Below, piece by piece: positions 24,890-39,659 of a stretch of DNA of 64,000 bases (position 1 is the first letter of the stretch; each line of letters begins with the position of its first letter). Source of the DNA: Tubiluchus corallicola (lineage: Eukaryota; Animalia; Priapulida); contig JAQGDQ010000361.1 in the NCBI GenBank assembly GCA_030141605.1, positions 173,209-237,208 on the forward strand, read 5' to 3'. The notes under the pieces were generated by a model. That model was not told the origin of the DNA and did not search any database. It saw only the letters and a program-made list of their open reading frames with translations. The position numbers were made by a program, and so were the translations under genes.

Positions 24890-25110
24890 TAAGTTTTAAG
24901 TTAAGTTTAAGTTTTAAGTTCAAGTTTAAGTTTATTTCCATAAAAAACGTAACATTCGTACGTATAATATGAATTTACATTAGCAAATATAAATAAAAAT
25001 AAAATAGAAAATCAATGAGTTAGTAGATAATAAAATTTACATAGAAAATACAGTTCTAATAATAATATACACGTATCATCATTTTCACGATATTACGGCT
25101 GGCCAAGAAG
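24890..25110 (-). mobile_element. 3' end of a LINE/SINE with AATAAA and (ACTTAA)n tail
   Basis: Minus strand ...ggaaataaacttaaacttgaacttaaaacttaaactt, a short-repeat tail typical of CR1/L2-group elements. Confidence 0.45.
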
Positions 25111-25119
25111 TCACCAGAC

Positions 25120-25790
25120 ATCAAGCACAAAAAACCCTCCACTTACATGAAACTTAAAAAATTCGTCTTAAAATTTTATACCACTTACATACTGCCTTTT
25201 TGCATACAGGGATTGCATCGGCCCTCAACGCTATATAAAACATGTAAATTTAAATTTACGCTATGACCATTAAGCGCAGCCATTTTGATGGTAGGTCGTT
25301 TGAATCAAGTTTAGATAACACTGAGCAAAGTTTGAGAAAGTAATCAGAGCATTCGTAACATACATGTTGCTAAGTAAGTAAAATTATAAATTACTGTACC
25401 TTGTCAATAAGATTAAAAATACGTTTTTGGCTATAGAGTGGTGCACCCTGGAGGGTGAGTCAGCGACATTTTGCCAATCGTTATGAACATTTTAAATTAT
25501 TATTTCTAGTTACATAAGTGTTTACAGTAGGTAAGCGAAATGCTATGTAATATAGATTTGCATGGAAAATTTTCTGAGACATAATTTAACATTGTCTTTT
25601 CTACCCATGATTTACGTTTGCGTAGCAATGGCATCGTCGGAACACCATTGCGGATGATTTAAAATAAAAACAAACAAGAATTCCTTTTATTTGTACGCCA
25701 GTACGATATATGCATAAAATTGCAGTGAAAAGGTTATTATTTTAAAGCGATTTTTCTGAAAATCGGGTAGCTCTTTCTTGTTCATTAAGG
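25120..25790 (+). mobile_element. TTAA-type non-autonomous DNA transposon family C
   Basis: gcacaa(g)aaaaccctccacttacatgaa(g)cttaaaaa... core. Homologues at ~8590-8940, ~17470-17600(-), 37352-38107, ~44478-44790, 47024-47533(-), ~56640-56996. Confidence 0.75.
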
Positions 25791-26865
25791 ATAAATTCAC
25801 TACAATAAACAAAAAAAAAAACGTTCCAATAATTAAAGTAAAAAAATGTACAATAAAAGTTATTTAGCATCATAAAAATATTATAGTATAATTGTGATTT
25901 ACTTTTTTCACATCACATTAAATAAAACAGGGCCCTGATAACCAAATGTTTAATAAGGTCAGCTCTTACTCTTGGTATATAATAGTCATTGAACTGCCTA
26001 GTATTGTACATACAAGGTGTTTTGTTTAGTGTAAATAAACTACCAAAATATTAGGAAGCATAGCATTAAGTATAAGTTTATTTATTTCAAATGTTTGTGA
26101 ATAAAACGGGCAACTTTTATACATGCAATATCACTAACTTTTATAATATTAAGCTGCTTAAATAAAATTTATGTATGAACCCTGTAATCCGAATGAATAA
26201 TAATTCTAATTAATTTTTTTGTAATCTGTTTAACCTATTCAAAAACAAGTTAAAAACCTTCTTAATTTCGCTCTTTCTTAATGCTTAACAGTTCTTGTAA
26301 TCGTGTGCCTAATAAACTTATGGCGCTTCTACTCTCTGAAGGGCTTTTATATAGGTTATACCTGTTAGCCAATCACACATTGCCAAAAACAATTACGCAT
26401 TGTTTTTATTATGAATGTACTCATGATTGTAATGTTTTCATCAATAAAAATATTGTTTGTAATAAGCCCTTATGTTTCTTGCTCGAGCCAATGAATTTTT
26501 GGTACAACAAATAAATAATGTAAACTATAAAAAAGTTTTTATCCGTACAGTATGCCTTGTTATTTTGCCCCAGGCTCTTTATTATGTTTCGAGAAATACT
26601 CATACTAATCCTTTTTATTATTAAAGTTACAAACTTTTTCGGCAAGTCTGTTTTTATACAATAAATGGTAAAATAATATTATATTTATATCTAGTATTGT
26701 AAATTTTATACGATTAACCTCTTTCTCCTCACACTTTTCAGAACCTGTTTGGTTAGTTTGCTCTTTTTCCAAAAATACAATCATAATGAATTCAAACAAC
26801 TATAATACATTGACAGAAATATCATTATAAGTGACGCCTGTGTGCCCCAGTGATAATAAAGTTAC

Positions 26866-27035
26866 CTTGGCAATGAGTTCAGCAGGTGCTCTTCATTCAC
26901 AAAAACTATTGCATCATTACTCGTCCTGCAAAAGCTTGCTCTCCAAGCCATTAACATAATAAAATTCACAACACAGTAGAGCGGAAACATGAACAGCAAA
27001 GTTCGTCCGAGATTATTTTGCTTGAATAAAATCAT
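26866..27035 (-). CDS. Type II signal-anchor/stem exon of the GT31 locus
   Basis: MILFKQNNLGRTLLFMFPLYCVVNFIMLMAWRASFCRTSNDAIVFVNEEHLLNSLP: a short N-tail plus hydrophobic helix. Ends CCA AG|gtaact (phase 2), matching both catalytic exons. Upstream acceptor cttacttcgccag|27150. Confidence 0.7.
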
Positions 27036-28136
27036 CTTTACCACACTGAACACTTTTTATTCTGCGCCTGGTACCATACATCTATATGCAGTGACAGTGG
27101 TCATTGCAGTGTACACCGGTGCAATTTTAATTGCATCCACCACAATGCTCCTGGCGAAGTAAGTTTAGCAGTCTCGTCAAGGAGAAACGAATAAGCGAGG
27201 TCACTTTAGATTTCGTACTGTGTCTAAAATGTGACAAAGATAAATCTATAATGTATCTATGGTTAAGTACATACCTCACAGGTATCAGTGTATGAATTAT
27301 GGTGTAAGCACTGAACGAATTTTTAAGTCACCTGTTAAGATTCCAGTTCCAATGGGAAAAAGGCAGCTGGAAGTATTAGCACTAATTTTGTTACCTAAGC
27401 AAGGAAAATTATAAAGATTTCTAATTTAAACTCGATTACGTATTACGTACCTGACAGCATGTGTTTAGGTCGAACTGTAAAGAAAGTCTTCAAGACGTTC
27501 ATCACCTGCTATTTGATTGATTGTAAGTTATTTGATCAAAGATTATGAACAATTTTAGACAAAAATATGTTTTTTCTAGTGGATTTTTTCTTGTTTGAAT
27601 TTGATCATTAATTACAACTTTTTACAACTTTAGAAATTGTTGTCTTACAGTGGATTTACTTCCTAAATATTTTCTGCACATAATGGCCTAATGTTGGAAA
27701 TATCTTGTACGTTTTAACGCATTTGTTCATACGCATATATTTGTTTCTTTGCATATAGTACAGTTAATTTTGTTTTAGTAAAATTGTGTACAGTATGTAC
27801 TTATGTGTGTCATTTCAGTACATGGATGTCACTTTTGATACTGATGTACTGAACCTGTAAATAGAGACATAATGAAAGATTCATTATCATCGTCTAGTAA
27901 AAATAATAGCTCGTTTACTGCTTTTTTCACTATGGACAATTTCATCTCATCGCTGACCTGGTAATTCAAACTACGAGCTGTGTTAACGTTGTAGTCGTTG
28001 TACATTAGTCAACTCATTAACTGACACGTGCGTCATTTTTATGATATACACACAAGCAAAAATTTGTCACTACATTTGTAAAACATGTAATACGTCATCT
28101 GTAGTACTGAATTCGACTTGGCTCGGGAGTCTTAAG

Positions 28137-28229
28137 CTGCCCTCAGCGGATTCGAACTTGCAACCTTAGATCGGCAGCAGAACAGCACCGAACCGTTGCT
28201 ATGACATGGAACCACTCGAACCACTGTGC
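28137..28229 (-). mobile_element. tRNA-derived SINE head or tRNA pseudogene
   Basis: A-box tggttcgagtgg and B-box agttcgaatcc; interrupted by a short insert between two GGTTC; poor cloverleaf. Confidence 0.5.
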
Positions 28230-28256
28230 AGTACGACGGATTTCTTCGCCGGTAAC

Positions 28257-29208
28257 TGTAACACATCTTAGTTGGTTCTTCAAAAACCGGAGCTTTCAAA
28301 GTCCTCATTAGCAGGTTACGTGCCTGCTTTACAGTGGTCTCGTGAATTACTTACGAGGATACAGCTCTTCTATGCTGTATGACTATTTTCTGTGGCCTCG
28401 TGGAGGAATGTTTACCTGCGAGGATACAGTTCTAGTATGCTGTGAATAGATGTCGATTTTAAAGTCGTTACAAAGTGTAGGCTGTACTTGCTGTAGCAGC
28501 ACCTGGACTGTTGGTTTTAAGTTAATGATTGAATCTTGGGAAGAGTTACGTCGACACATCGACTTATCGTAAAGACCAGTTCCCCAGTCACCAAGTGCCT
28601 CGTCACATGCTGTACTCGCTTGGTTTGACGATGATGTTATAGCCGATGCCGCTGGTTTGACGATGATGTTGGACGCTATAGCCAGTCTAACAATTCGCCG
28701 GGTTCGTACATTTGGGAGTAGTTACGTGAAGGGACGCAAAGAGCTTCCCGATCTGCTATCGTCTCAAAGAAGGGGAATAACGGCAGTACATTGGTTGGTG
28801 CAGTCCTTACCAGCCTGCGGACCTACTCCAGCCATCTGGTTGAGGAACACTCACCTTGCAAGCGAGAAGCACGTACTCGGAAATCAATTTTCACCGGGCA
28901 AATTGAATCCCGGAAGTATCCTGACCGCCTGCTGAATCCGGCCCGGACAGAGCCAGCTCTACGAGCCATAACTGAGGTCATTTCTAAATTCTTTTTGCGG
29001 AAAAATTTCACAATTTCGTAAGTGCTATTTAAGAGTATTTGTACAACAGAAATTTTGTATTCCTGTGCAACTAAAATTTGTTTTTCAATAAAAAATTCTT
29101 CTGCGAGCTTCATTCTACTTAATTCAGTACTTCTCTTACTACTGTTTTTACATTTTCTTCTCAACTATGCGACAACCGGCGAATCAGCACCATCCGCTCT
29201 TCGTTACA
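28257..29208 (-). mobile_element. Candidate solo LTR (952 bp)
   Basis: Termini TGTAAC...GTTACA (TG..CA with inverted repeat); GC-richer than flanks; internal short direct repeats (28621/28653; 28354/28419). No clear TSD, and orientation is inferred. Confidence 0.5.
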
Positions 29209-29338
29209 ATATAAACTGCTATTGCTACAAGTCATCTAGCACACACGAAAGTCACAAAATAGAACACTAGAATAACACTGTTACAAGTTTTATTGCCAGC
29301 ACTAATAACAAAAACGCATAAAACATGTATCGATACCG

Positions 29339-29532
29339 AGGAGCACCTGTCAAAAATCAAAGACTATAGTGACTTCTACACGCTTTTATGCTGGCATTCC
29401 AGGTCGGCTGGCTTCTCACACCATGTGTAGGCCCCAAACAAGACGTCTGGCTCTACAAGGAAGGGTGAATCGCTGCTAACGTGGAAGCAACTCGCAGAAG
29501 GCCCTATACCTGGCCCGACAACAGGTGCCTCC
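29339..29532. mobile_element. Small putative MITE
   Basis: ggagcacctgt...acaggtgcctcc inverted termini around a GC-rich 190 bp; single copy. Confidence 0.4.
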
Positions 29533-32379
29533 ATAACTAAAATATCCGTCTTTTACAAATGAAATTGTAATTGATACCTTTGCTAATGATGTAAGGCAAC
29601 TATGCAATTTAAATTGTTGATTGACGGGTATGTCTGCATTTGATATCTGTCAGTCTATTCTCCATGTAATTTCTTAGCTATATTGAAATTTCCATTTAGC
29701 AAATTAGGCCTGTATAATCAAAATGTAATTTAGGCTTATTTTAAAATTGATGTAATTGTTGAAGGATTAAACCAAAACTCTGAGAAAAATTTGGAAAGAC
29801 CAAAAGAATTTGAAAAAAATCATAACAAATAGCATAACCTAACACAGACATTGAACAGGGGTACTTCATTCAATAGAAGTGCACGTGGAAATTCATTTAA
29901 ACATTAGCACTTGTTAACACAGACGGATCATCAAATACTCGAATGCATTACAGTGTGCTGCCACCTATAGGAAAATGAACAAACTTCACTCAAAGTAATC
30001 AATAACATTGCCATTGCTTAATAAACACGATATAGTTCATCAATGACGTAATAAAATAAATAAAACAAGATCTAGGCTTTAATTTTATGTATTTTAGAAG
30101 CTATAGCTGTGCGCGGCCTGACGTAACTCGATGGATATCTAGTAATTAACACTCTCGTCTAATTTATTATTCATTACTATCGAGAACAGAGTTATAATGA
30201 CGTAAGAACTATAATATACTAATGACCAACGTCAAGTTATGCTTGGCTGTTAAAGGATGTCGTCTACAGAAATTTAGTTGCTTTTGAAGTGATAGCTGGA
30301 CCAACTGAACTTGAAAGATATCGCAAAGTATAACAGCAACAGCAAAAACGGCAGCAGCAGCAGCAACAGCAACAGCAACAACAACGGTGTCTCCACGGTG
30401 CACGTGCTGAGTGCAAAGTGTTAATCAACGAATGGGGGCATCACAACAAATAATTATCACACTCGATTTGATAAAACAGTTGACTCAATTACAATCTGCA
30501 GATAGTGATTACACTTACGTACACGAACAGTATAAACCCAATATTTTAACGACAGCAGTAATAATGAAAATACATTTACAAAGTAATTTGGCTGGTTGAT
30601 CATTTAACAGTAAGTTCTATTGTAATTGTAAAGCGAAAGGTTGATTTAATAAACTGCTGTAATAAACAATATATAGATATTAAAGCAAGATTGATGACCA
30701 GTTTTGAATTTTTTCGAATATGTTTGTGTATAATACTACAGGATCATAATTTTGCAATAAAAGTTCACGTGTTACAATCTGGTGGTCTAACAGGTCATCT
30801 AATAATGCCGTTCTAGCTCTATCATATTTTTTCCGCATTCGAAAAAGTAATGGCTCCATTTAAGTGTACAAAAAACTGTAATAATAACTTATAGCAACAC
30901 AACTACTTGTATATCATGAAGGTTGAATGGCATACGTTAACTCGTAGTGAAACTAGTTTGCACCTTCTAATTAATTTGAAATCGTGTATAGCCGAATTTT
31001 TATGCGTATAGTTCAACAACAATTTCTTAACTACTCCACTTTTGTTTAAAGATATAATTATATAAACAGATCAAAGAAAGGCAAAGACCCTGAAAAAATG
31101 TCCATGTCAAGAGATGCGTTGAGGGAAAAGCCAAGCCTTCTAGGAGGTTAGGATTATTTCAGTGTTCCAGAAAAGTATCAGAAGGATTTAGTTACAAAAC
31201 TGCAATAAGCGCCTCGTGTAACTAGTAATTTTAATCACTTTAAAGTCGCGACCACTTCATGCTTCAGCGCTCCCATTTTGAATGCCCATTTTCCAATGAC
31301 GTCATTCGTCTCGAAGAAAAATAGGGCAATGTCAGTCTTCACCAAAAGTGTAATTAGTTTTTATAAAAATTGGATAGCTAATTTTGTAATATTTTTGCGT
31401 GAACATTTTGCGTGAGCATAGATTAGGCAAACTGTAGAAGTTAAATAATTAAGCTGCTGAATTAATCAAAGCAGCGCGCGTTTACGGAAAGCCACGACGC
31501 GCTTACGAAAAGTCACGAAGTCTCCCAGTTACGTCATGATTTTCAAGTGAATGGCGGCAACCATTACGCATTGAAATTTCGATTCAGGGGTAGTATATTT
31601 TAGATTTCTATAGGCAGTTCTTTGCATATTTCTTTGTTATATTTTTCTAAGTTTAAGTGATAACAGTAAAATAAACCCAACATGCTGAGTGACTAGTTCT
31701 TTCGTTTAAGAATTTCTTGTGATTGTGTTAATAGCGTTTGCGCAGTAAATGGAGGCAGTGTACCACGTAGAAGCGGTCTGCTAAAAATTAATGTGTATTA
31801 AGTGCAATTTTTAAAAATTAGAATCTACAGATTAGCAAAGCTAGTTTTCGCAAAATACGAATGATAGAGGACATTCTCCAAAATGAAGTTGCTCCTATAT
31901 ACTGCCTCCATTTGCCTCCATGCTGGGCACCATGTAACAGTGCAAAGAATAGATTCCCACATTTGTAATTATTCGCATAGATTTGGTAAGAACTCATTCT
32001 CTCATTCAGAAAGACAAACAGAAGTTCAGTCAGAGACAGGAAATTGTAGATCCTTGCAATGATTTATTGCCCAATCAGTGCGAGAATTTTGTTTGCCCAA
32101 GAAATCTCTGGACTATCTGGCTTCCGGAAATAATACCGGAAGCCGTCCTGAGTGATTATGTCTATAAGATAAATTGGAAACATTTCGTATCGTTCCAGTT
32201 TCTTCAGTCCGTATCTTAAACAGAAACAATGGAAGGTGAACTTGTCAAAGTTTTGTGTTCTGGGGCTGAGATTCTGGGGCAGGCATTTCCTGCAGACAAG
32301 TAGTTTTGATTGTAGGGTAAAAAAGTACAACAGTGCTTGATTTTTACAGCATTTTACTTGTTTATGACTTGGCTTTTTT

Positions 32380-32420
32380 ATCTTTCTTTCTTTCTTTCCT
32401 TCCTTCCTTCCTTCCTTCCT

Positions 32421-32468
<48 letters not shown>

Positions 32469-32492
32469 TCCTTTTCTCTCTTTTTTTCTTTT

Positions 32493-32524
<32 letters not shown>

Positions 32525-33746
32525 TTTCCTTCTCTCTCTCTCTTTCTTTCGTTGTTTCTTTCTTTGTTTCTCTTTAATTTCCTATTAGGTGTATTTAAAA
32601 GTTCGAAAACACTTTGGCATTATTGTATATGTTAAAATGTATACTTTTGGGTATTACATAAAAATTCGTCCTTTCTTCTTTTAACATTCTACGCAGCTAA
32701 GTAATTAAATTTTTGTGATGCAATAGAAAACGTCATATCACGACAACGCATCATGCAAAGTGTGCACTTCAAACAGTTAGCTACTGCATCTACTGGTGTC
32801 ACATTCATCATTGTAATCTAAACAGAGGAAATGACACGCGACGCCACCGCTCGTGGTATCAAACAAGTTTAGTTTCTGATGCCAAGTAGAAGGCTTTGAG
32901 TCATTCGTTGTTTAGTACCCTACGGAAATGAATGCGAATGTTGGACGATTCCCACAATGCCAGACTTCTCCCTGCAACATCAGCCTGGTCGTTCCCACAA
33001 CGCCAGACTGGTCCCTGCAACATCAGCCTGGTCAGTGCAACATCAGCTTGGTCGTCCCTGCAACGCCAAATTGCTCCCTGCAACATCAGCCTGGTCGTTC
33101 CCACAACACCAGACTGGTCCCGGCAACATCAGCCTGGTCGTTCCTACAACGCCAGATTGCTCCCTGCAACATCAGGCTTGTCGTTCCCACAACACCAGAC
33201 TGGTCCCGGCAACATCAGCCTGGTCGTTCCTACAACGCCAGGCTGGTCCCTGCAACATCAGCTTGGTCGTCCCTACAACACCAGACGCTGGGACGACCAG
33301 GTTGATGTTCTAGGGACCAGTCTGGCATTGTGGGAATCGTCCAACATTCACATTCATTTCCCTAGGGTACGACTCATCGCCTTCAACTTGGCATCAGAAA
33401 CTAAACTTGTGGGGTGGCGTCGCGTGTCACAATCTCTGTTTAGATTACAATGATGAATGTGACACCAGTATAAGCAGTAGGTAGCTGTTTGTTGTGCACA
33501 CTTTGCGTGACGCGTTGTCGTGATATGACGTTTTCTATTGTATCATAAAAATTTAATTACTTAGCTGCGTGAATGTTAAAAGAAAAAAGGATGAATTTTT
33601 ATGTAATGCCCAAAACTATACATTTTAACACATACAATAATGCCAAAGTGTTTTCGAACTTTTAAATACACGTGATAGGAAATAGGTAATAGGTAATAGG
33701 AAAGAAAGAAAGAAACAAAGAAAAAAAGAAAAAAGAGAGAAAAGGA

Positions 33747-33782
<36 letters not shown>

Positions 33783-33840
33783 CTGGTCCCTACAACACCA
33801 GACTGGTCGCTACAACGTCAGCTTGGTCGTCCCACAACTG
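32380..33840. repeat. Fold-back inverted duplication around a ~43-bp tandem array
   Basis: 32578-32995 is the reverse complement of 33289-33682, extended by (TTTC)n/(GAAA)n. Central unit ccagactggtccctgcaacatcagcctggtcgttcccacaacg; the array resumes at 33780-33840. Confidence 0.9.
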
Positions 33841-34416
33841 CAACAGCTTTCAACAACAGTCCACAATGATGTTCGCCGGGAAACCTATTCTACTTTCTTC
33901 GTTTTTTACTAAAAAGTTCACAAATTGGTTAATTACATGCAGTACAAGAAACAGGACCGGACTTTGTTTCTGGCTTGACTAAAATTTCTCACTGTAAAAA
34001 CCTGTAGGGTGCACGTCACGTGACGCTCGTAAAAGCTTTAGCAAATTGGCTGCTTAAATTACACCATTTGTTTTTTGGAACGCTGATTAGACACATTTTA
34101 GCGTTTGTAACCGAAGCCAAGAATTGTTTCGTTCTAATGGCATTTTAAAACGATGTAATCTGCACCGGTTGGCTTTATTTTACACGTCGCTAGCAGTTCA
34201 ATACACTGTGACATTTTTTCTTCATCGCGAAGCGAGTACAAAATACTACTCGAAGAGCGAAAGAAAAAGGTCGGGAAAGAGGGAAGACAGAAAGAGAGAT
34301 AGAAAGAAAGAAGAGACAGATAAATTAGAAGACAAAAATTCACAGGACAGAGAAAGTAAGAAGAAATGAAAAAAGAAATGAAAAGAGAAAGATAGAAGAG
34401 ATAAAGAGAAACAAAG

Positions 34417-34480
<64 letters not shown>

Positions 34481-36005
34481 GGGCAGAAAGTGGAGGAGAA
34501 AGGGTCAAGTTTTAGAGTAGTTTGAGATTGCAATATGGTTTAAGATATCGTCTAAAATAGCCATGACGTCACTGCTGGGAATTCCGTCAAAAGAACGAAA
34601 ACATACGAGTGTTTCATTTGGTTCGACAAAGCCAAAATTGTAATACATCAAAGTTTGAAACAGAAAAATGCACAATTAGTAACTGCGTAATTAAATCGCA
34701 GCTTTTCAATTTATTTCTGAAAAAAGGCGTGCTTTCGCGAGACGAGGTCCCCTGACGTCATGACTGGGATGTGTTCAAACCAGCACCGACTACTAAGACT
34801 TAGTGTAGCTCCTACGTTTTGCACAATCCGTTTACGAGAATCAGGCGCTGTTGCAAAAAAGAGAAAGCGGTGATTTCAAGTTTTTCATCATAGGTTTATT
34901 TTCAGTTGTGGTTTAAAATTAGGTATTGTTTTCCTTTAAACCGAGAACTCGCTTCATTATGCCTTAAGTCATCTCTGTTTGAGTACATTGGGAATGTGGC
35001 TATTAAACAAAACCAAATTATGGGAGAAATCAATTAAAATCCACAATTAGCGGATTTATGATCTACTCGTTTTTATTTTACTGCCTGAAATTCTGAGTTT
35101 CCAACTAGAAAAGATTCCACGCATGACGTCAGTGCAACTATTGTTGTTTTTGCTACTTCTGATGTTGTTGCTGCTGTTGTTGTTGTTGTCGTCGTTGTCG
35201 TTGTCGCTGTCGTTGCTGTTGATGTTAATGTTGTTGTTGTTGTCGTCGTCGTCGTGGTTGTTGTTGCTGTTGTTGTTGTTGTCGTTTTTCCTCTTGCTAT
35301 TACTGCTGCTGCTGGATCTATCATTGCCATTGCTGCTGTTTCCGCCTCTGTACTGCAGCAGTTGTTTCTCCCCGGGTTGTTTTTTGTAGAATTCTTTATC
35401 AGGAAACTGCTTCCCTGAAAACTACCACTCTATTCAAGACGAACATCCACAGATTCTTTTAGCAAATTGTCATGAATTCAATTTCTCAGGACATGCATTC
35501 ATATCTTAACCTTTTTAAAATAGTCCATTGTTTTGAGTGGTTAGTGGCCTTATTCTGAGCATCCAGTGGCTTTATTTGAAGCAGTTTGCTCATTTACTGT
35601 TGCTGCTTACTGCGCAGACTCGTACGAAGTTAGCCTCTAATTAATTTTACAAGAATGATGGATATATTTGTGAGTTAAAATTTCACGTCACGTTAGCCAG
35701 CAGAATAAATGTAATTGGTTTTCTGACACCGCACGAGAATGACGTAAGAGGCTTAAGCGATGACAAAACAATAATGAAGACAAGTGCAGATTAGATAGAA
35801 CAGGAGGTAAGATGCATTCTTGCTAAAGTGCTGGCCAAACTTGATGCTTTATTCTGTTAAGTGGCTCTTGGTGAAAGCGAAAAGAAAACTTAACTTCACG
35901 ATACTTGTGTCAACGGCTATTTGTTTGTTTGGAAATGAAGAAGAAGGAAGAAGAATAAGAAGAAAAAGAATGAGAGAGAAAGTGAGGGGGAGAAGAGGTA
36001 GATAG

Positions 36006-36640
<635 letters not shown>

Positions 36641-37351
36641 AGTGAGTGAGAGAGAGAATGGGAGGGACACGAAGGAGAATGAGCCCCAGACAGTTAGATA
36701 GGGAGAGAGAAAGAGAAAGGGAGAGGGAGGGAGAGAGAGAAATGGGCGAAGCAGAGAAAGCGAGAGGGAGAGGGAGAGAAAAAAGATGAAAACAAAAAAG
36801 GAAAAGTGGAGTTTCAGAAGAAAATAAGGGGTGAGAAAATACATGAATTGAGAGTGGATGTTGTACTCCATCTTAGAGATCAGTTATAACAATAAGTTAG
36901 ATTCCGGTCCAGCTACAACAATCCACTGCGATCCAGGTGGAACTAAGTACGTCCAGGCATTGAGAGCTAGAATCCATGTTTGCAGTATTCTGCAATGTAT
37001 ATAAAACGACCTGATTTCTGTGGAATTTTCAGCTGTTTTCTCTTTGGCTTCTCAATTTGAGAAATTCATTTTGAGTAATTCACCGCTGTCTGGCTTTGTT
37101 TTGCCAACGTTGGCACTTCAAAAGGAATTCAACAAAATTGCGTTTACTTTCTCTTCCGGTTAAGCAAACAGCATTGTGGGATGTTTTCCTAGTGGGAATT
37201 AAACCGGAGAGCAATAGGCTAAAGAAATGTCTTCTCAATTTAAAGCAAAAGCATTGCGTATTTTTCGCTAAAGATGAACAAACAGCTGAATTAGTTATTG
37301 CACGCTTTGTCAACATCACCTGGACCAAACAAGGGCACGTATGTAAGGCTA

Positions 37352-38107
37352 AAGCGCAAGAAACCCTCCACTTACATGAAGCTTAAGAATCGTCTTGAGA
37401 TTGTATAACACATGCATACTGCTTTTTTGCATAAAGGACTTGCGTCGGCAGTAACGCTGTATAAAACATCCACGATGACCGTTAGACGCAGCCATTTTGA
37501 CGATAAGTCATTTGAAACAAGTTTAGATAATAGTGAATATTGAAAAAATAATCAGAGTTTGAAAGAATAATAAAAATATTCGTAGCGCACACATCACTAA
37601 CTAAGTAAAATTTTAAATTATTCTATCTTGTCAATAGAATTAAGAATACGTTTTTTGGTTAGTGAGTGGTGCCCCTGGGGAGTGAGTCATCGACATTTTA
37701 CCCATTATTCGTGAAAACATTTTAAATAATTTATAATTTTCTTTTCTAGTTACATAAATCTATCAAGCAGGTAAGCGGAATGCTAACTATAACTTTGCAT
37801 GGAAAGTTTTTTGGGACAGTTTAGCATTTCCTTTTCACCCCCTGATTTACGTTGCTCATATATTACGGCATGTAATATCTTCTGATTATTTTTTCAAAAT
37901 TTACTCAGTGTTATCTAAACTTGTTTGAAATGACCTATTGTCAAAATGGCTGCGTCTTACAGTCATCGCGGGAGTTTAAATTTACAAGTTTTATACAGCG
38001 TTACTGCTGGCGTAAGCCCTGCATGCAAAAAGGCAGTATGTAAGTGGTATAAAATTTAAAGACAAATTTTTTAAGCTTTGTGTAAGTGGAGGGTTTTCTT
38101 GCGCATT
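37352..38107. mobile_element. Family C derivative with two inverted left ends
   Basis: 37352-37560 is the reverse complement of 37880-38107. Confidence 0.75.
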
Positions 38108-38239
38108 AGGAATAACTTGACACAAGAAACGCAGAAAATTAAATGATATCCTGTGAAGTAAAGAAGTCAAGTATTCCAAAATGATAGAAATAAATGAAGC
38201 GTTTTATACTTTTTTATTTATTGCACTTCTGTATATTAA

Positions 38240-38702
38240 TCAATATTCGCGTTCGCGTGGCTAGTTCTTCGCTGTTACCTGCATATCCCCAAACGCTAGT
38301 TAGACGAGCATCCACAAAAGTAGAAGCTATACCTCTAAATTTAGAAATGTTCAGTTGTGACGTAGTGCACACGTTCCAGAGCTTATGCGTGAGCACAGCA
38401 TGTAAACTCGAAATTTGGATTTGCCGGTCTTTTGTGTATTACACCAAATGTAGTACAGTAGCGCTGTACTTCCATTTTCGCTTTCGCAAACACGTGCAAC
38501 ACGCTCCTGGAATGTTTGTGCTGTTCAAGATTATGTTCACTTGTGATGTCTCACTAGTTGAACTTGCCCGTCATTAATTAAAGTTATAACTTATTATTTA
38601 ATCACAGAAACGTTTTTGTTATTATTACAGGTGTTAAAATGTATTCTTTTTATCTACTTCAAAGTGGGGTAGAGTATGAAAAATTATCTTGTTTTCCTTT
38701 AA
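38240..38702 (-). mobile_element. Family B copy
   Basis: Reverse-complement similarity to 22984-23480. Confidence 0.75.
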
Positions 38703-38746
38703 TTTTTCCTAACAATCGTCCAGCATGAGACACTGAAGCAGCAGAT

Positions 38747-39659
<913 letters not shown>

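Noticed and set aside
26100-26800. Possible decayed LINE ORF2 tail on the minus strand
   Set aside because: Only vague resemblance; no diagnostic motif.
28657-29270. Several 76-113 aa ORFs
   Set aside because: No recognisable motifs; within the GC-richer candidate LTR.
32901-33453. Overlapping ORFs in three frames
   Set aside because: Produced by a stop-free 43-bp tandem repeat inside the fold-back; no splice or domain evidence.
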